From assembly GCA_030704615.1 (NCBI GenBank), contig CM060731.1, positions 10,788,001-10,852,000 on the forward strand: a stretch of 64,000 nucleotides of DNA. Direction: 5' to 3'. Under the pieces are notes generated by a model. It was not told the DNA's origin, made no database searches, and was given only the letters and a program-made list of their open reading frames with translations. The stretch is from Takakia lepidozioides (taxonomy: Eukaryota; Plantae; Bryophyta). Made by a program: the position numbers and the translations under genes. Shown here piece by piece: positions 35,196 to 47,700 of the stretch (position 1 is its first letter; every line of letters starts with the position of its first letter).

Positions 35196-38100
35196 CCATT
35201 GAAGACCCTATTATCTTAAAATGAGAGGCGTGAGCAATCTGGTTTAATAAGCTTATTTTTCTTACCACTTTTGGATGACTGACTCTGGAATCCTTTCATC
35301 CTCAAATTTCCCTCCCTCAGTCACTCCCTTTCTCTGTCACAGATTCGTCCATTCCCTCACAATTGTCGAGGAGAGAGCTACTGGACGTGGAGATACACTA
35401 TTGGGCAGACCAGCTCCTGGAAAATTCCAAGCGTACTGGTGGCTATGAAGGAGTCTAAAGACAAGACATTGAAACACGAGTAAAGCGTGTCTGATGGATT
35501 CATAATAGCAAACCCGGTTGAAAATTCCTTCAAGAGAATTGAGATCACAGTGAGATCCCTGGCAATTGCTGTGGGCACTTGGTGAACCTTTGATGTTGTC
35601 AATCCTATGCCAATTAGGATCCTACCACTGCCAGCAGCCCAGACTATTTCAATACAAATCTGGGCTCCATTGTTTCTAATGATATGTCAGAGGATCCAAT
35701 TTTGGCTATGGGGGAGCATAACGCCGAGGAGATGCAGGAAGCCGTGAGCATGAGCCTGCATCTTGTTTCTGATGCCAACCGCAACAAACCGAGAGAAAAT
35801 GCAGCAATATTTTCTCCTTCCAAAGAAAGCCCTAGGATCAGCGTGTGCAACGACAACTTCGGGCTGCTGCAGCAGAACAGAGGAGTTTGGCGGCTGAGGG
35901 CATCCGATATCCTCGACGATGGATCATCCGGAGGCCTGGCATTCCCAGGCCGAACCGAGGGCTGAACCCAGCTACGGGCTCTACTGAGGAAGCCAGTGTG
36001 AGACATGCTGCAAAGAAGAGTACCAAGGATAAGAGGAGAGTGGAGACTGAAGGCATCAACTGCCCTCTCGGGTGGCAGAGCAGTTGCATTCAATAGTGTT
36101 TTGGTGAGGAAGAGGTCAACAGAGACGTACTCCGTCAATGGCGTCATCAGGGCTTCAGGTAACTGACAAATTTTGGAAAATTGTTCTCATAACGATTGTT
36201 CGTCACGCCGAATATGTGCTATTAAGTTCCAATGCCAAATGAAAACAGTTCAAGCTGAGAAAGTTTGCTTACATGGTAGGGAGCTCAATCTAAGTCTGCA
36301 TCTTTTTGAGAATCTTCCAGAGCTGCGAGCTCTCCATTATGGATGAGGGCATCTTTGGCCTTTCAAATACGTCCTGTATCATTATTTCGTGGCAACTGCG
36401 TGATATCTCTTCCTTTAACCAGACTATTGATAGCAATTCTGAGGAGGGTATAAATGCGGGACTACTGATTTGCTTAACTGTGTTGATTTATAGCTGTAGC
36501 TATTCTCGAAAGGACCTAAAATGGGATTGACTGGAACAGAAAACCTCCTAAGTTAATTGCACACCATTTTTTGAAACTGCCAATGGGGTGCAGCTTTGGG
36601 CCATATTGGCATGATGATGCCCCTGTGCCCCAGTATTGGAAAGCAGCTTCCTTACTCATGGGGCTGCTTTGAGTCCAAGCCATTTTATCACGAGATACTT
36701 GTCCCAAGCTTCCTTTGGACGTTATGAAGTCTGACTTTGTTTTTCTTTCTTTCCCCAATGATTGTTTTTGGGCTGCTTGTGGAACACCCCTCTGTCCTTC
36801 TTGTTTCTTGCTCTCTCTTGTCCCATAAGCTCTTTGACTTTCCGCAGACTTTAAAAAGTGCCAGATCATTTCATTTCTCTCTCTCTCTGTCCCACCCTGG
36901 CTATGCTGGTTGAGTCAGATGTACTCTGAGGTTCTACTGTTGTGCAATCTAGAGAACTAGGACTAATTGGATGTCGGAGTCCCCCTATCTCTTTGCATTC
37001 TCCAGAGTATGGCTGAGGTGGGAACTGTACCCTGGCCAGGCATTCGTTCGCAAGTACCTCCTATATGTACCCGAGTCAACGTGGACAAAGGTACTGAGGC
37101 CAGATCCACATTACACACCCCTACTGCATCCTGCATGGAGCTCAGTCCTAGCTCAGCTGTGGACCCTACCAACAGGGAAGTGCTTGATGCCAGACTTGTG
37201 ATTTCTGATGCACGAAAAACCAGGTGTCAAGCTCCCTTCAGATGTCCAAAATGGCCAAGAGCTTCAATTGCTGTTCTTGGCTAGAAATGACCACTTGAAG
37301 ATGTGCTTTCGCATATCAGAGTAGGAAGTAAGACTTGGTGACTTAGTACTTCAGGGCTTTGTAAAGCTGTGCATCCAATTCATTAAAATGCATTCTGTTT
37401 CCTGCCTGAAAGGGGAAAGAAGAAGAATGTTTGACTATTTTGTAAGCTGCTGTAATGTATGTGGCCGACCCTCTGTGGAAGGAACTGGCACTCTTTTGGC
37501 TGAGCTGTATATCGTTTGAGCCACTTCATGACAGACTCTTGAAAACTCTGCCAAACATTTGTATGTTCAAGGTATAAATTCAGGTAGACCGCTCTTAGGT
37601 TTAGTGGTTGGATTCTGACAATGCTGTGTCCTAAATCCACCGGTCATTGAGTAGATGAAGGGCCAGGTTCTCAAGTTCAAGGCCAGGCAGCCAATTACCT
37701 TAAGCAATCGCATCCTGGTTATGTTTGCAGTACATGGCCATGGTTGTGAATGTAACGTGGAAAATGGCTTATCTGTTGGCTATTTGAAACTTGGCAAAAT
37801 AGGATAGTTTCTGCACAACCTCTCTAGAATAGTTCAAAATCCCTACTTCATCATCTTGTGGTATGGGGTGTATTTGCTTGCTGCTTCCTTTGGAGGCTTT
37901 GAGGATCAAAGAAGGGTGATAGCAGCATGTCAGAGAATCTGATTTTTTGACTGGAAGAGCTGTATTGGTAGCATTGACCTCACCAGGCCAAGGCTTCTCT
38001 AGTCCGGAAGCTGAAGGTGCTGAGCATCAGGAAGCAGGTCATCATGGAAGCAGTAGGTTGCTTATTATATTCAGTCACTTTGCTAGATGGGGTTAGCAAC

Positions 38101-40386
38101 AACACCCACGCTGTTGAATGGTGTGGTTGGTGGCCTGCTCAAAAGGATAGTAGAGCATAATAACTCTGCGGCATGGATTCTTGAAGTGTCAGGAAGTCAT
38201 CACTCTGTAGCATGAAGGTGAAACAGTGACTTATGCAATTCTTGCTCTGTTTTCCTACAGGAGGTACTGAATCTCTTCCTGTGTAGGCAATATGTGGGCA
38301 AGCGGTCACCAATCCATTTGATGGGAACAAGGACATGGGCTCTGGCATGTCTCTCAAGGGATCCCAGGTTGGGTTCTTAACAGTCTGGGATGACGTGTAC
38401 AAAGTGGGGCATGACCTAAAGGGCCCCAAAATGTCAAATCTGGGTGGTTGGTAGTGAATCACATACACATTACTGTGTCTTGTTTGCTTTCACCACCACT
38501 GTGCCAGAGGATACTGGGATTGGAAAGAGAGTAAGGCTTCGGTGCAGCAAGCTTTCCCAAGATCAGAGCGGCAGGGAGGGCTCATCAGTGGGGAAGCCCA
38601 ACTGCAAGTGGTCTGTGATCTCAAAAATTAAAGCCAGAGGCGACCGTGAGCACCCTGTGGAATGATCTGTGGGAAGAACCATGCAAGCTCGATAAGGACT
38701 GAAGCATTCATCATCAACACTGGGAACATCAGGGTCCGGTCCCGCAGACACCAGACACTATTCTGCTGGTGGAATGCAATTCATCCAGGGATGTGTCTTC
38801 GAAGGGGGATGGACCCTATGCCTGAACCTGCTCAATAAGCAGCCCTTATTCGGTGCATGTGACATGACGGACACTGGCAAAATGTAATTGGATAGGTGAT
38901 GCTCCCAGTATTGTGAAAAGCCTCAAACTGGAAGTTGTGGGACATAGCTGTTTCTGTCTTTTATTTGTGGGTGGAAAGAGCTTCATTAAAATAGGCCTTC
39001 TCTGTTGGCTTCCTGAGTGAGCACAGATTCTCAATCTTTTGCAACTTCATTGAAGCTGTCACAGTAGGAGGAATGTGCCCTTTCATGTATCTCTTGTCCA
39101 TCTTCTGCGTGCCATCGAAAGGGACCCACGATGCCTTTATCAAAGATAGGGACTACGCCATATATCCGGACCCCAATGTGAAAGCTGTTTTGAGAACTGA
39201 GGATGAGGGTCTTCCTGAAAGATTTTCAGTCTACGGTGTCAAAAGCTTGCAAACTGCTGCAGAAACAAAACAGCGAATGCAAGCGATGAAGAAACACTTG
39301 GTGATGAACGTTGAATGCGTGGAGAGGATTTTGAGTAGGCGCGGTTGAGGCAAGGGAGCAGTGGCCGTGTCGGCGGGGACGGCGAGTCCGCTCGGTCTGA
39401 CAGGAACGGTCAAAGCGCCGGGATTGCACACCATATCCACACGAAATCCAGTTACTGTACAAGACAATAGAAATGATATGGAGGCTTTGTACTCTTGGAA
39501 AGTGCGTTATTCCTGTGTAGTTATGTGGGTTCGTTGCGTTGTCACTAATAGCTCCCATCAATGCTTATTCCTGTGTTTGCCGCACAAGCTTCCAGAATCC
39601 GGTTGCTTTGCAAGTAAATGAAGCATTCATTGAACACATTTTTGGCGGGGATGTTACATACTGTTCTTGTTGTTTTCCAATTGGGATTTGGTGGGAGTCA
39701 ATCGAGTGTGTAAGTACGCTCACTGATTAGCCCCTTGCGATTAACTGCTGCTGTAATGGCTTCCACTGTTTGTGTCTGCAGATTGCACCAGAATGTTTTG
39801 TCATCTTGTTGGTTTCAACTTCCAACTTTTGCTTCCGTGTGCGCTCTGACATAGCCATACCCCCAATTTGTGGGGAATTTGAGAATGATCTTAATTGGGT
39901 GGGAATAGGCGCCCGTCCTGCTTGCAGACTCAGCTTTGGGTCAGGCCAGCTTTACCTATGGAGTCTAACTTAGCTCTATTGGAGTGCAAAATCCAGTGTC
40001 AGGAATTTCACGTCTGACAGACTGCAAGCACATGAAGACATCGTGTCTAATTTTCTAAGACAATGGAGGTCCATAGATTCTTGTCAAGGAACAAGGCATT
40101 GTGTGTGTACAGGGAGATGCAGCCATGGCATGGGTGTGGGTGAAAGAGCTTTACAAACTGCCAAATGGCAAATGGCAGCAGGAGCCCTGCAAAGACGGTA
40201 GGCCTTTGTCAGGCCAGTCATGTGACTGATGCCCGCCAGGCTTGCTAGCTTGCTATGTACCCACAACCTTGTCAGGACCCTCCTTCCTTCCTAATAAGAG
40301 GCCACCCACTGGGTTTTCTCTCCAATTGTACAGTGACTACACCCAATCACAACTCGTGGAGCAGTAAGTAATTACAATCATACGCC

Positions 40387-40700
40387 AAGTACATCAGGGA
40401 ATTGCAAAGATAAACAAACAAAAGAAGTTGAACAACTTATTTCAGTGGCCTGATATGCACCATAACTTAGTTTTTTTTTATTGCCTCTCTTCTGTACAAG
40501 AGAGACTATGCATCATGTTGAAGTACATCAGGGAATTGCAAAGATAAACAAACAAAAGAAGTTGAACAACTTATTTCAGTGGCCTGATATGCACCATAAC
40601 TTAGTTTTTTTCTCTTCTGTACAAGAGAGACTATGCATCAATAACTTAGTTTTTTATTGCCTCTCTCTGTACAAGAGAGACTATGCATCATGTTGAAGTC
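40387..40700. repeat. Tandem duplication (~134-bp unit x2 plus a partial third)
   Basis: AAGTACATCAGGGAATTGCAAAGATAAAC...CATAACTTAG at ~40387 and ~40521; TGTACAAGAGAGACTATGCATCA occurs three times. Confidence 0.9.
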
Positions 40701-40863
40701 AATCGAGAACAAATGTGGTCAAAGAACCTTAGACCCTGTGTTGTGCTGAGTCATGCCCCTTATTAGTCTCACCTCCCCCCTTTATGTTTTGCTAAAGCAA
40801 GAGAGCCCATTGTTGTTTGATACTTGTTAAATAAAGAATGTCTCCAGTGAATGTTAGGTGAGT

Positions 40864-40944
40864 GTTGATATGGCCGAGTTGGTCTAAGGCGCCAGATTAA
40901 GGTTCTGGTCCGAAAGGGCGTGGGTTCGAATCCCACTGTCAACA
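40864..40944 (+). tRNA. trnL-AAG: tRNA-Leu(AAG), intronless, long variable arm
   Basis: Acceptor stem GTTGATA/TGTCAAC, A-box TGGCCGAGTTGG, anticodon arm CCAGA-TTAAGGT-TCTGG, variable arm, B-box GGTTCGAATCC. Confidence 0.97.
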
Positions 40945-41923
40945 GCTCTCATCCCAATGAGGTCAAAGTCACCTGCACTGTGACAGAAGAATACTTTTTG
41001 AAAACATCATTTTTTTTAATACCATGTGGTATTATTATATAACCCAACAATCATTAGACTTGATTGCGCACACGGTACATACAGAGCTCCTCCCCTTATT
41101 ATACATATATAGTAGACTGCAGAAGTGAAGCCTTCACTCCACTCCAGAGCACAGAGAGCCGTTTTTACCATTTTACCCAATGTTGATGGAGTGTTGGAGC
41201 CCACAAATCACATCACAGCGCATTGTGTGTACTTTGTAGAGTAAGTCTACAGCACAAGGGGTGACAGAATGTGGGTGTGAGAAAGAAGCAGTTTTTTTAT
41301 TGCAAGAGAGGTATGGGATGATGATGGGGTGGCAGGCAAAAAGCAAAGTGATGATGGGGAGTGGGAGAGAAACAGGGTGCAACGGTAATAGGTCGGGAAT
41401 AAGACCGCGGATTTGGAGGCAGGCTGGGCCCTCCTGCAGCAGCGGCCGTTTTGCTGCATCATGGTGGCATGGCCCCACTCCTTCCACTCTCCCGCTTGGG
41501 GAAATCTTGTAAAGCAGTTGTCAGCCCCCTGCTGTCACTGCTTCGTTTCCGCCTCAACTCGTGTCTCACTTCTTGTAGCAACTGACCGTGCCCAGACTAC
41601 TTCGGCTCTGCTCTCTCATACTCTGTCGTAATGTGTTGACTGAAAACGGAAGATATCTCGTAGTTTTCTTTTTCAAATTTTCTTTCAATCTCCTCTGCTA
41701 TCTCCGAAGTTCCCAACTTCCTTCTTTGTCTTGCTTCCATTCCAATTGGATCGTATATTTCTCCTGGTAGCGTGCATCCCTCTCGAGATCTCTCTCTCTC
41801 TCTCTCAATAGGCCCTCTGCCCTCCTGTGCATGCAAGTAAAATCCTCCTTTATTATTCTTCTCTATCTCCAGCTTTCTTCATCTCTCTTTGTGTTTTCCC
41901 ACACGTTTCTCTTCCTGGGAGTG

Positions 41924-41929
41924 CTCTCC

Positions 41930-41973
<44 letters not shown>
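41924..41973. repeat. (CT)n microsatellite in the 5' UTR of the Cys-rich peptide gene
   Basis: CT dinucleotide run ending 5 nt before the ATG at 41979. Confidence 0.95.
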
Positions 41974-41976
<3 letters not shown>

Positions 41977-41978
41977 CT

Positions 41979-43746
41979 ATGGCGACACTACTGCAACTGG
42001 TGCTGCTATTATGCGTTGTTACAGGTATGCCTGGGCTTGCTTACACCCTTTCCCTTTCGTGCCGAAAATGCGACCTATTCGAATGTGCCAGTGGGGTGAT
42101 ATTTTCATTTCCGGTTGGGTTTCTCGGTTTTCTTGCTCTGCTGTGATAGATGGTTGATATCGAAGACCCAGATACAAGGATTAGTCACTGGCGGTATAAC
42201 CAGATTGGGATTGTTCAAGGATTGAGCTGCCCACTTGTGCAAGTGAAGTGGAACCCAGATAAAGTGAGCGTCACCTTTGACCCTTCGGCATTTACTGCTT
42301 ACCTGTAGTGTATCTGGGTTTCTTGGTGGGAATGTAGGTGAGACTGCGGCCGCCCTCTCACTGCGCCACCCAAAGGTGCACCTTGCTTGCCATTTCTTTA
42401 CATTTCTTGACACAGAAGTATTGGACTGCTAAAATAAAAACTCTATGATGTGACTCCCACACACGCACACAACGGGACTTAGAATGAAGATTAGAGGACA
42501 GAATTTATTTGGAGAACAACGCAACATACGTTATAGATAGAGTCTACATGAGATATGTTGCCCCTTCGTCTCTGCGCCATAGTGGGTAACTGATCGAAAG
42601 GCCAAGCCTCACAATGAAGGCGAACAGAGTTGTCGTGAGGGAATGAGTTTTCCACAGTTCCCATACTCAGGCAATGTGGATTAGATTAGGAGCTGATTGA
42701 TTACAGGCATAATTCAGCACTGAGAGTAGACAGTTTGGCTGAGGATCAGTGGGCCAACGTAACTCCAGGCAGATCGAGGACATGTGTCACTCGACACAGT
42801 GTGAACAGCGGAAATAGAGCCTTTGTGACTACTTACACATAGGAAAAATTGCTGAAAAACAAAGGGCATTGGTTGAGGGCATGGCAATGCAGAGAGATGG
42901 ACAGGAGCAGCCTGGTACGAACCACTTGTCGCTTGAGGTAATCTCATCCTTTCCACCTCTGACTCTCTGCTGCCCCCCCTCCCCCCCCCCCCCCCCCCCT
43001 CTTCAATGTCTAACATTGGGGCTAGCTTGAAATTCTCTACCTTCCTTGTTTCACACTGCTGGGCTGTGGCAGTCTTCTTTAGTGTATTACAGCGATGGTT
43101 ATTCTTCCAACACCTGCAGTGGCCTCTAAATCTCATGTTCAGGTTTGGGACAGGTCGGATGTCCTGGTTGTGAGAGAACTTATGGAGTTACAAATTTAAG
43201 ATTGTCAATCAGGTGGGTATTAAACTGTGGTGTCTAGATCCCGCAAGGCTCCAGTATGTCTCAAAAGCATTAATGAGTTTGATCTAACAAGTCGCACAGG
43301 CCTCCTGGGAGTTGTATAGGAAATGTCCCTGTGTCACAGCAATCAAGTTAGGGTCTTTGCAAAAGAGTGTACAAGGTATCCTGAGTCTCATTGTTGTGTC
43401 TATTTGTACATAACCCACTGGCCTGAAATGACTGCAGGCTAGCCATGACACATCGGATGCTGTAACAGACAATGATCCATTGACAACTAGCGTCATGAAG
43501 CTGTCTAATGGAACAGAAGTCGAGGTGTTTCCAACCTCCCCATCCCTCTATAAGTACATGAATGGGACTAGGAGACTATTGGGTGATTTCCGAGAGTGCT
43601 CTCCCTGCACGTGCTGTGACCAGACGAAGCGGTGGTGTCTCCCAACAGTTTGTTGTTATAACATCAACTGTGACCTTCGGGGGTTACCATTTGGGCTTTG
43701 TTCGTTTACTCCCATCTCGTGTACTTGTTTAGGATGCAGGGATTGA
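41979..43746 (+). CDS. Small secreted cysteine-rich protein, 125 aa; exons 41979-42024, 43120-43142, 43438-43746
   Basis: Signal-like MATLLQLVLLLCVVTVAS. GT-AG junctions in compatible phases. C-terminal RRLLGDFRECSPCTCC..CLPTVCCYNINC..PFGLCSFTP.SCTCLGC has 12 Cys and resembles a plant-conserved family (RRLG.F..C..CTCC...PFG.CSF.P..C.C.GC). Confidence 0.85.
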
Positions 43747-44769
43747 TGAATTTAAGCAAATCCTTGCATGGTGACTTCTCGATGTGTAAGAAAGAGTTTT
43801 GACATTGTTTGGAGTATTTTCTTTCAAAATAGTGCTCAAGACCATGTCCATGGTGACTAGTGGGCTACAGAGGTAGACACAATGGGTCTTGGTTTCCTGC
43901 TGTAAACAATAAGCAATGTTCCCAAAACTGTGAACTTGCATACAATTACCTGTTCAGGTAAGCCAACTTTTCTTAATAATGATGTGGTATGTCCTGCCTA
44001 CTTTTCCCTCTCACATTTGCTCAACTGGTGTGGGTACTCTCAAGCAGTCACTCACTGGAAAGGCCCGTTACTCAGTGTGGCAACAAGCGCATCTCAGGAA
44101 AGTGGCCTTTGTTCTGCGTTGATTGCCAATATCCCATTTGTAATAATATGCCCAACAATCTTGATGCTTGATCACCTGCTAGATGCAACAGTGGCCTGAT
44201 ACCTATGACTGTATGTCATGTATTGGAACCCTGCTCGATGTCCAGATTGTGAAGTAGGTTCGGTTGAGAAGGGATGGGCCAGTCTGGCAGCAGTGGACAT
44301 TTGTGTAGAATTTGTTGAAATTTGCTGCACTGTGTAAAGGGAACAGTGTCGCTGCCAAGATAACTCCAACAACAGTAACAGCTGCAAGTCTACCCTCTGA
44401 CTGCCATTTAAAATTAGTTCCAAGTCTACTAAGACCATGCATGTATAGTAATGCTACACAATCAGAAACCTTCACTTGGTTGTGATACCTGAAGACAGTC
44501 CCAAGCGACCCTGAAACTTCCATGTGAATACCATATTGCAAGACAGGAAACAGACAAATAAGAGAAACATCACATCCATTCAGTATATCAGGGCATTGTC
44601 CTGACAATGTTTTTCTATCACATTGTCGTCCACACAGCCTGCTAGCCTCTCTGGATTGCCTCTCTGGATCTTCACATACCTCCATGGCATTGACCCTGCT
44701 CTCAAAAAGTATTAACATACAGAACTGTGCATCACACATTCAGCTCCTAAGGCTCTGTAATCGCTACAT

Positions 44770-47700
44770 CTTTTAGCCTGTAGTCACCATCTTGGCAACC
44801 ATCCAGGCTCTAGGATTTAACGTGCTACAGAAGTGTAGGCCTACGGAACGGTAGTGCTGCACACTCATCCAAGACATCTGCTCCAGCTTCCATTGCTCTC
44901 ACTCCTTAACAGCTGTCAAGTGGTCCCATAAAAAAACTCCCAGCTATCAAGACTTCATGGAATGGCATGGAATGGCATGGAATGTGACAGTCACCCGTTA
45001 TGACTGTGCTCAGACAAACACATTAAAAGTGGCACCCATATGATAAAAAAGTGCTTACTGAATTGCTGCCTTCACTTTTTGGCAGCCTGCCAACAGCAAG
45101 ACAATTTCAGTGCAGTTGCCTATGTTGCAGTTCAGGCACAGCCATGGGAAGGTGAGATAAACACCAACAACTTCAGTACATTCTTGGCAACTGGGGAGCA
45201 TTTATCGGCGAAGACTTCATTGTGACACATGAAAGCCTCGATTTTCAAGGCGTGTGTAGGGAGGCTCTATGCACATACCAAGCCTCCTCACATTGTCAGC
45301 AACCCCTCTGTACAATCCCTGCCATTTCAAGTTGAACCAACCAAAGTATTTGTCTATTATCATACAGCAGCTTACTATGCCACTCTGTAAAACGTTCAAT
45401 CCATTGGTGTGAGTATGCGCAAGGTAAGCTCTGGCCATGACCTTAACAAGCTAACTTCTTGGGGGAAGTCCCTAATGCTCAACGATGTGACATGCTCCAA
45501 ACAACTGATACCAGGACATTACAAGAAAAGACCTACTTTTCTCCAAGGCCTTAACTACAGCCACACGAGCATCAAAGCGTTTCATGCCTTCATATGCCTT
45601 GCCCCCATTGATGTTGATCTTGCATCATCCGTGAAAATGTTGATAAACTCCAATCTATGTCGCTTTCCCACCTCAAAATTGTTGGGGTCGTGAGCTGGGG
45701 TGATCTGCAGGGATAACGGAAGTCCGAGTGCTTTTGTTGTTTATACTCCCAAAGGAACTCTATGCTACTGCAAACCAAATGTTGCTCACCTGTCCTACTG
45801 TCTGTACAAATGTGAAAGACAGACAACTTCATTTCCAACAAACCCATGACAAAACTACAAAACCTCAGTAGTCAAATCTCACCTTGACAGCACCTGTTCC
45901 AAATGCCATTTCAACAAGCGTGGCATCACATATGAACGGGGATCGGGAGCTTCGTCCCCTTGAACAGATGCAGTAACAACTTGCCATGAAGGTGCTTGTA
46001 GTGTGGGTCCTCAGGGTGTACAGCTACGGCTGTCTCCAAGCATAGTTTCAGGCCTTGTAGTGGCCACCACAATTTCACCCAGCCCACCCTCCAGGGGGTA
46101 GCCAAATGAGGTGATAGCACCAAATTCCACAGGTTTTTCATACCCTAGTACTCGCCTCAATGTCCGGCCTTTTAGGTCGATGTAGTCAACCTGTATAATT
46201 CCCACAGCTGAGTACTTTCTGAGAAACACTTAATTTGGACAGCCACCACAAAAGACATCTTCTACTTATCACTGAAGTTCTATGGTATAAGGACACAAAG
46301 GGAGGAGGCAGCAGAAAACAGGAGGAGAGTCTGATGGTCTAGGGCCCAGAAAATAAGTAAAATCTACATGTTGGGAGGCAAACACAAAGATGATATATGT
46401 GCACACACTAGGGGTCATAACAAAGCACACACTAGGGGTGAGCCCACCTCTATATCTGAGATAGCAATTCTAAGCACGCAATCCCAGTTCACAAGTCAGT
46501 TGTCTCTGCAAGAACAACCAGCAGCTTACCAAATAAGACCATTTTGTGATATCCCTGTAACTGACGCACCAGATGTGTGCTAACTGTGTCGAATGCAAAG
46601 AACTGTTATTCCGACTCCTGAGACTTGTACAGACAAATGGGAGAACAAACACTCATTGTTGACAGTTGTGTGCTAAATTGGTGTCAAGTGCCAAGAACTG
46701 TCATCTCAATTCCCAAGGTTTATCTTCGCAAATGGGGCATGAATAAGAACCACTCAGCAGCAGATTCATATTTGAAGAGGCTAAATTAAAAGGTTCCTTC
46801 TTAGAACAGGATGACAAAGGTTAGTGTCCACATCAAAAACTAAGTCTTAACCACAAAAACAGACCCCCTGCCTGGTAAGCATTTTGTGCCCATTCTCAGA
46901 GAGTTGAATAGGTACAACACTGCTTAAACAAGGAAAACAACGGGCTAAATGATTGACTGAGAGACTTCTTTTGAGAGAACTATATACAAGTTTCAACAAC
47001 CATGATAAAGGGGAAAATGACTAAGTACTGGTTGGGAAAGGGGATGGGAAATAGACCTGTAAATGAGACCCTGCTTATGCAACCTCACAAACGCTTCTGT
47101 TACTGCCTTAGACAACTTGTCGTCCATTGTGAAACACTGTCATCCTCCATTCACCCCCTCTGCCACTTAGCTCTAACCTTTTTAATCCAGACTTTTGTGG
47201 ATACTTGTTCAATAAATTCCACTTTCCAATTAGCAAGAGGGACAAATAAACCATGTACACCTGCAATTGATGCACATCCACCACAGGCATTTGCTTGGTC
47301 AAAACCAATAGTATAGCAAAGGAACCTAGGTTGTCAAAGACCTAAAGCATATCATATATGGGGGGAACGTGAGATAAGAAAGGGGGAGATAGGTGTACCT
47401 CAGCCACAAATTGATCCCACCCAAGATCATCCCGGATCATTTTTCTCTCTCTCATTATCGTCTTCTCTACCACTACCTGCGCAAACCAAAAGCACGGCCT
47501 TAATAAATGTCTGGCCTTACATAATCTGACAGTTGATTGCAAAAAACCTCACTGTAGGACTCCTGCCCTCACGAGGAGAGAGAATTATGCAGTACCTGGG
47601 TGGCAATGCCAGCATGGTCAACCCCTGGAACCCACAGAGTATTGTACCCGCTCATCCGCCGCCACCTCACAATCATGTCCTGCAGTTCCATCAACAACTA

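Noticed and set aside
33962-35268. Many overlapping Pro/Arg/Ala-rich ORFs in the ORF track
   Set aside because: They arise from the GC-rich TIRs, which have few stop codons, and mirror each other on both strands.
38139-38468. C2-domain-like VKNPTWD motif
   Set aside because: A single short motif with no other C2 features or convincing exon structure.
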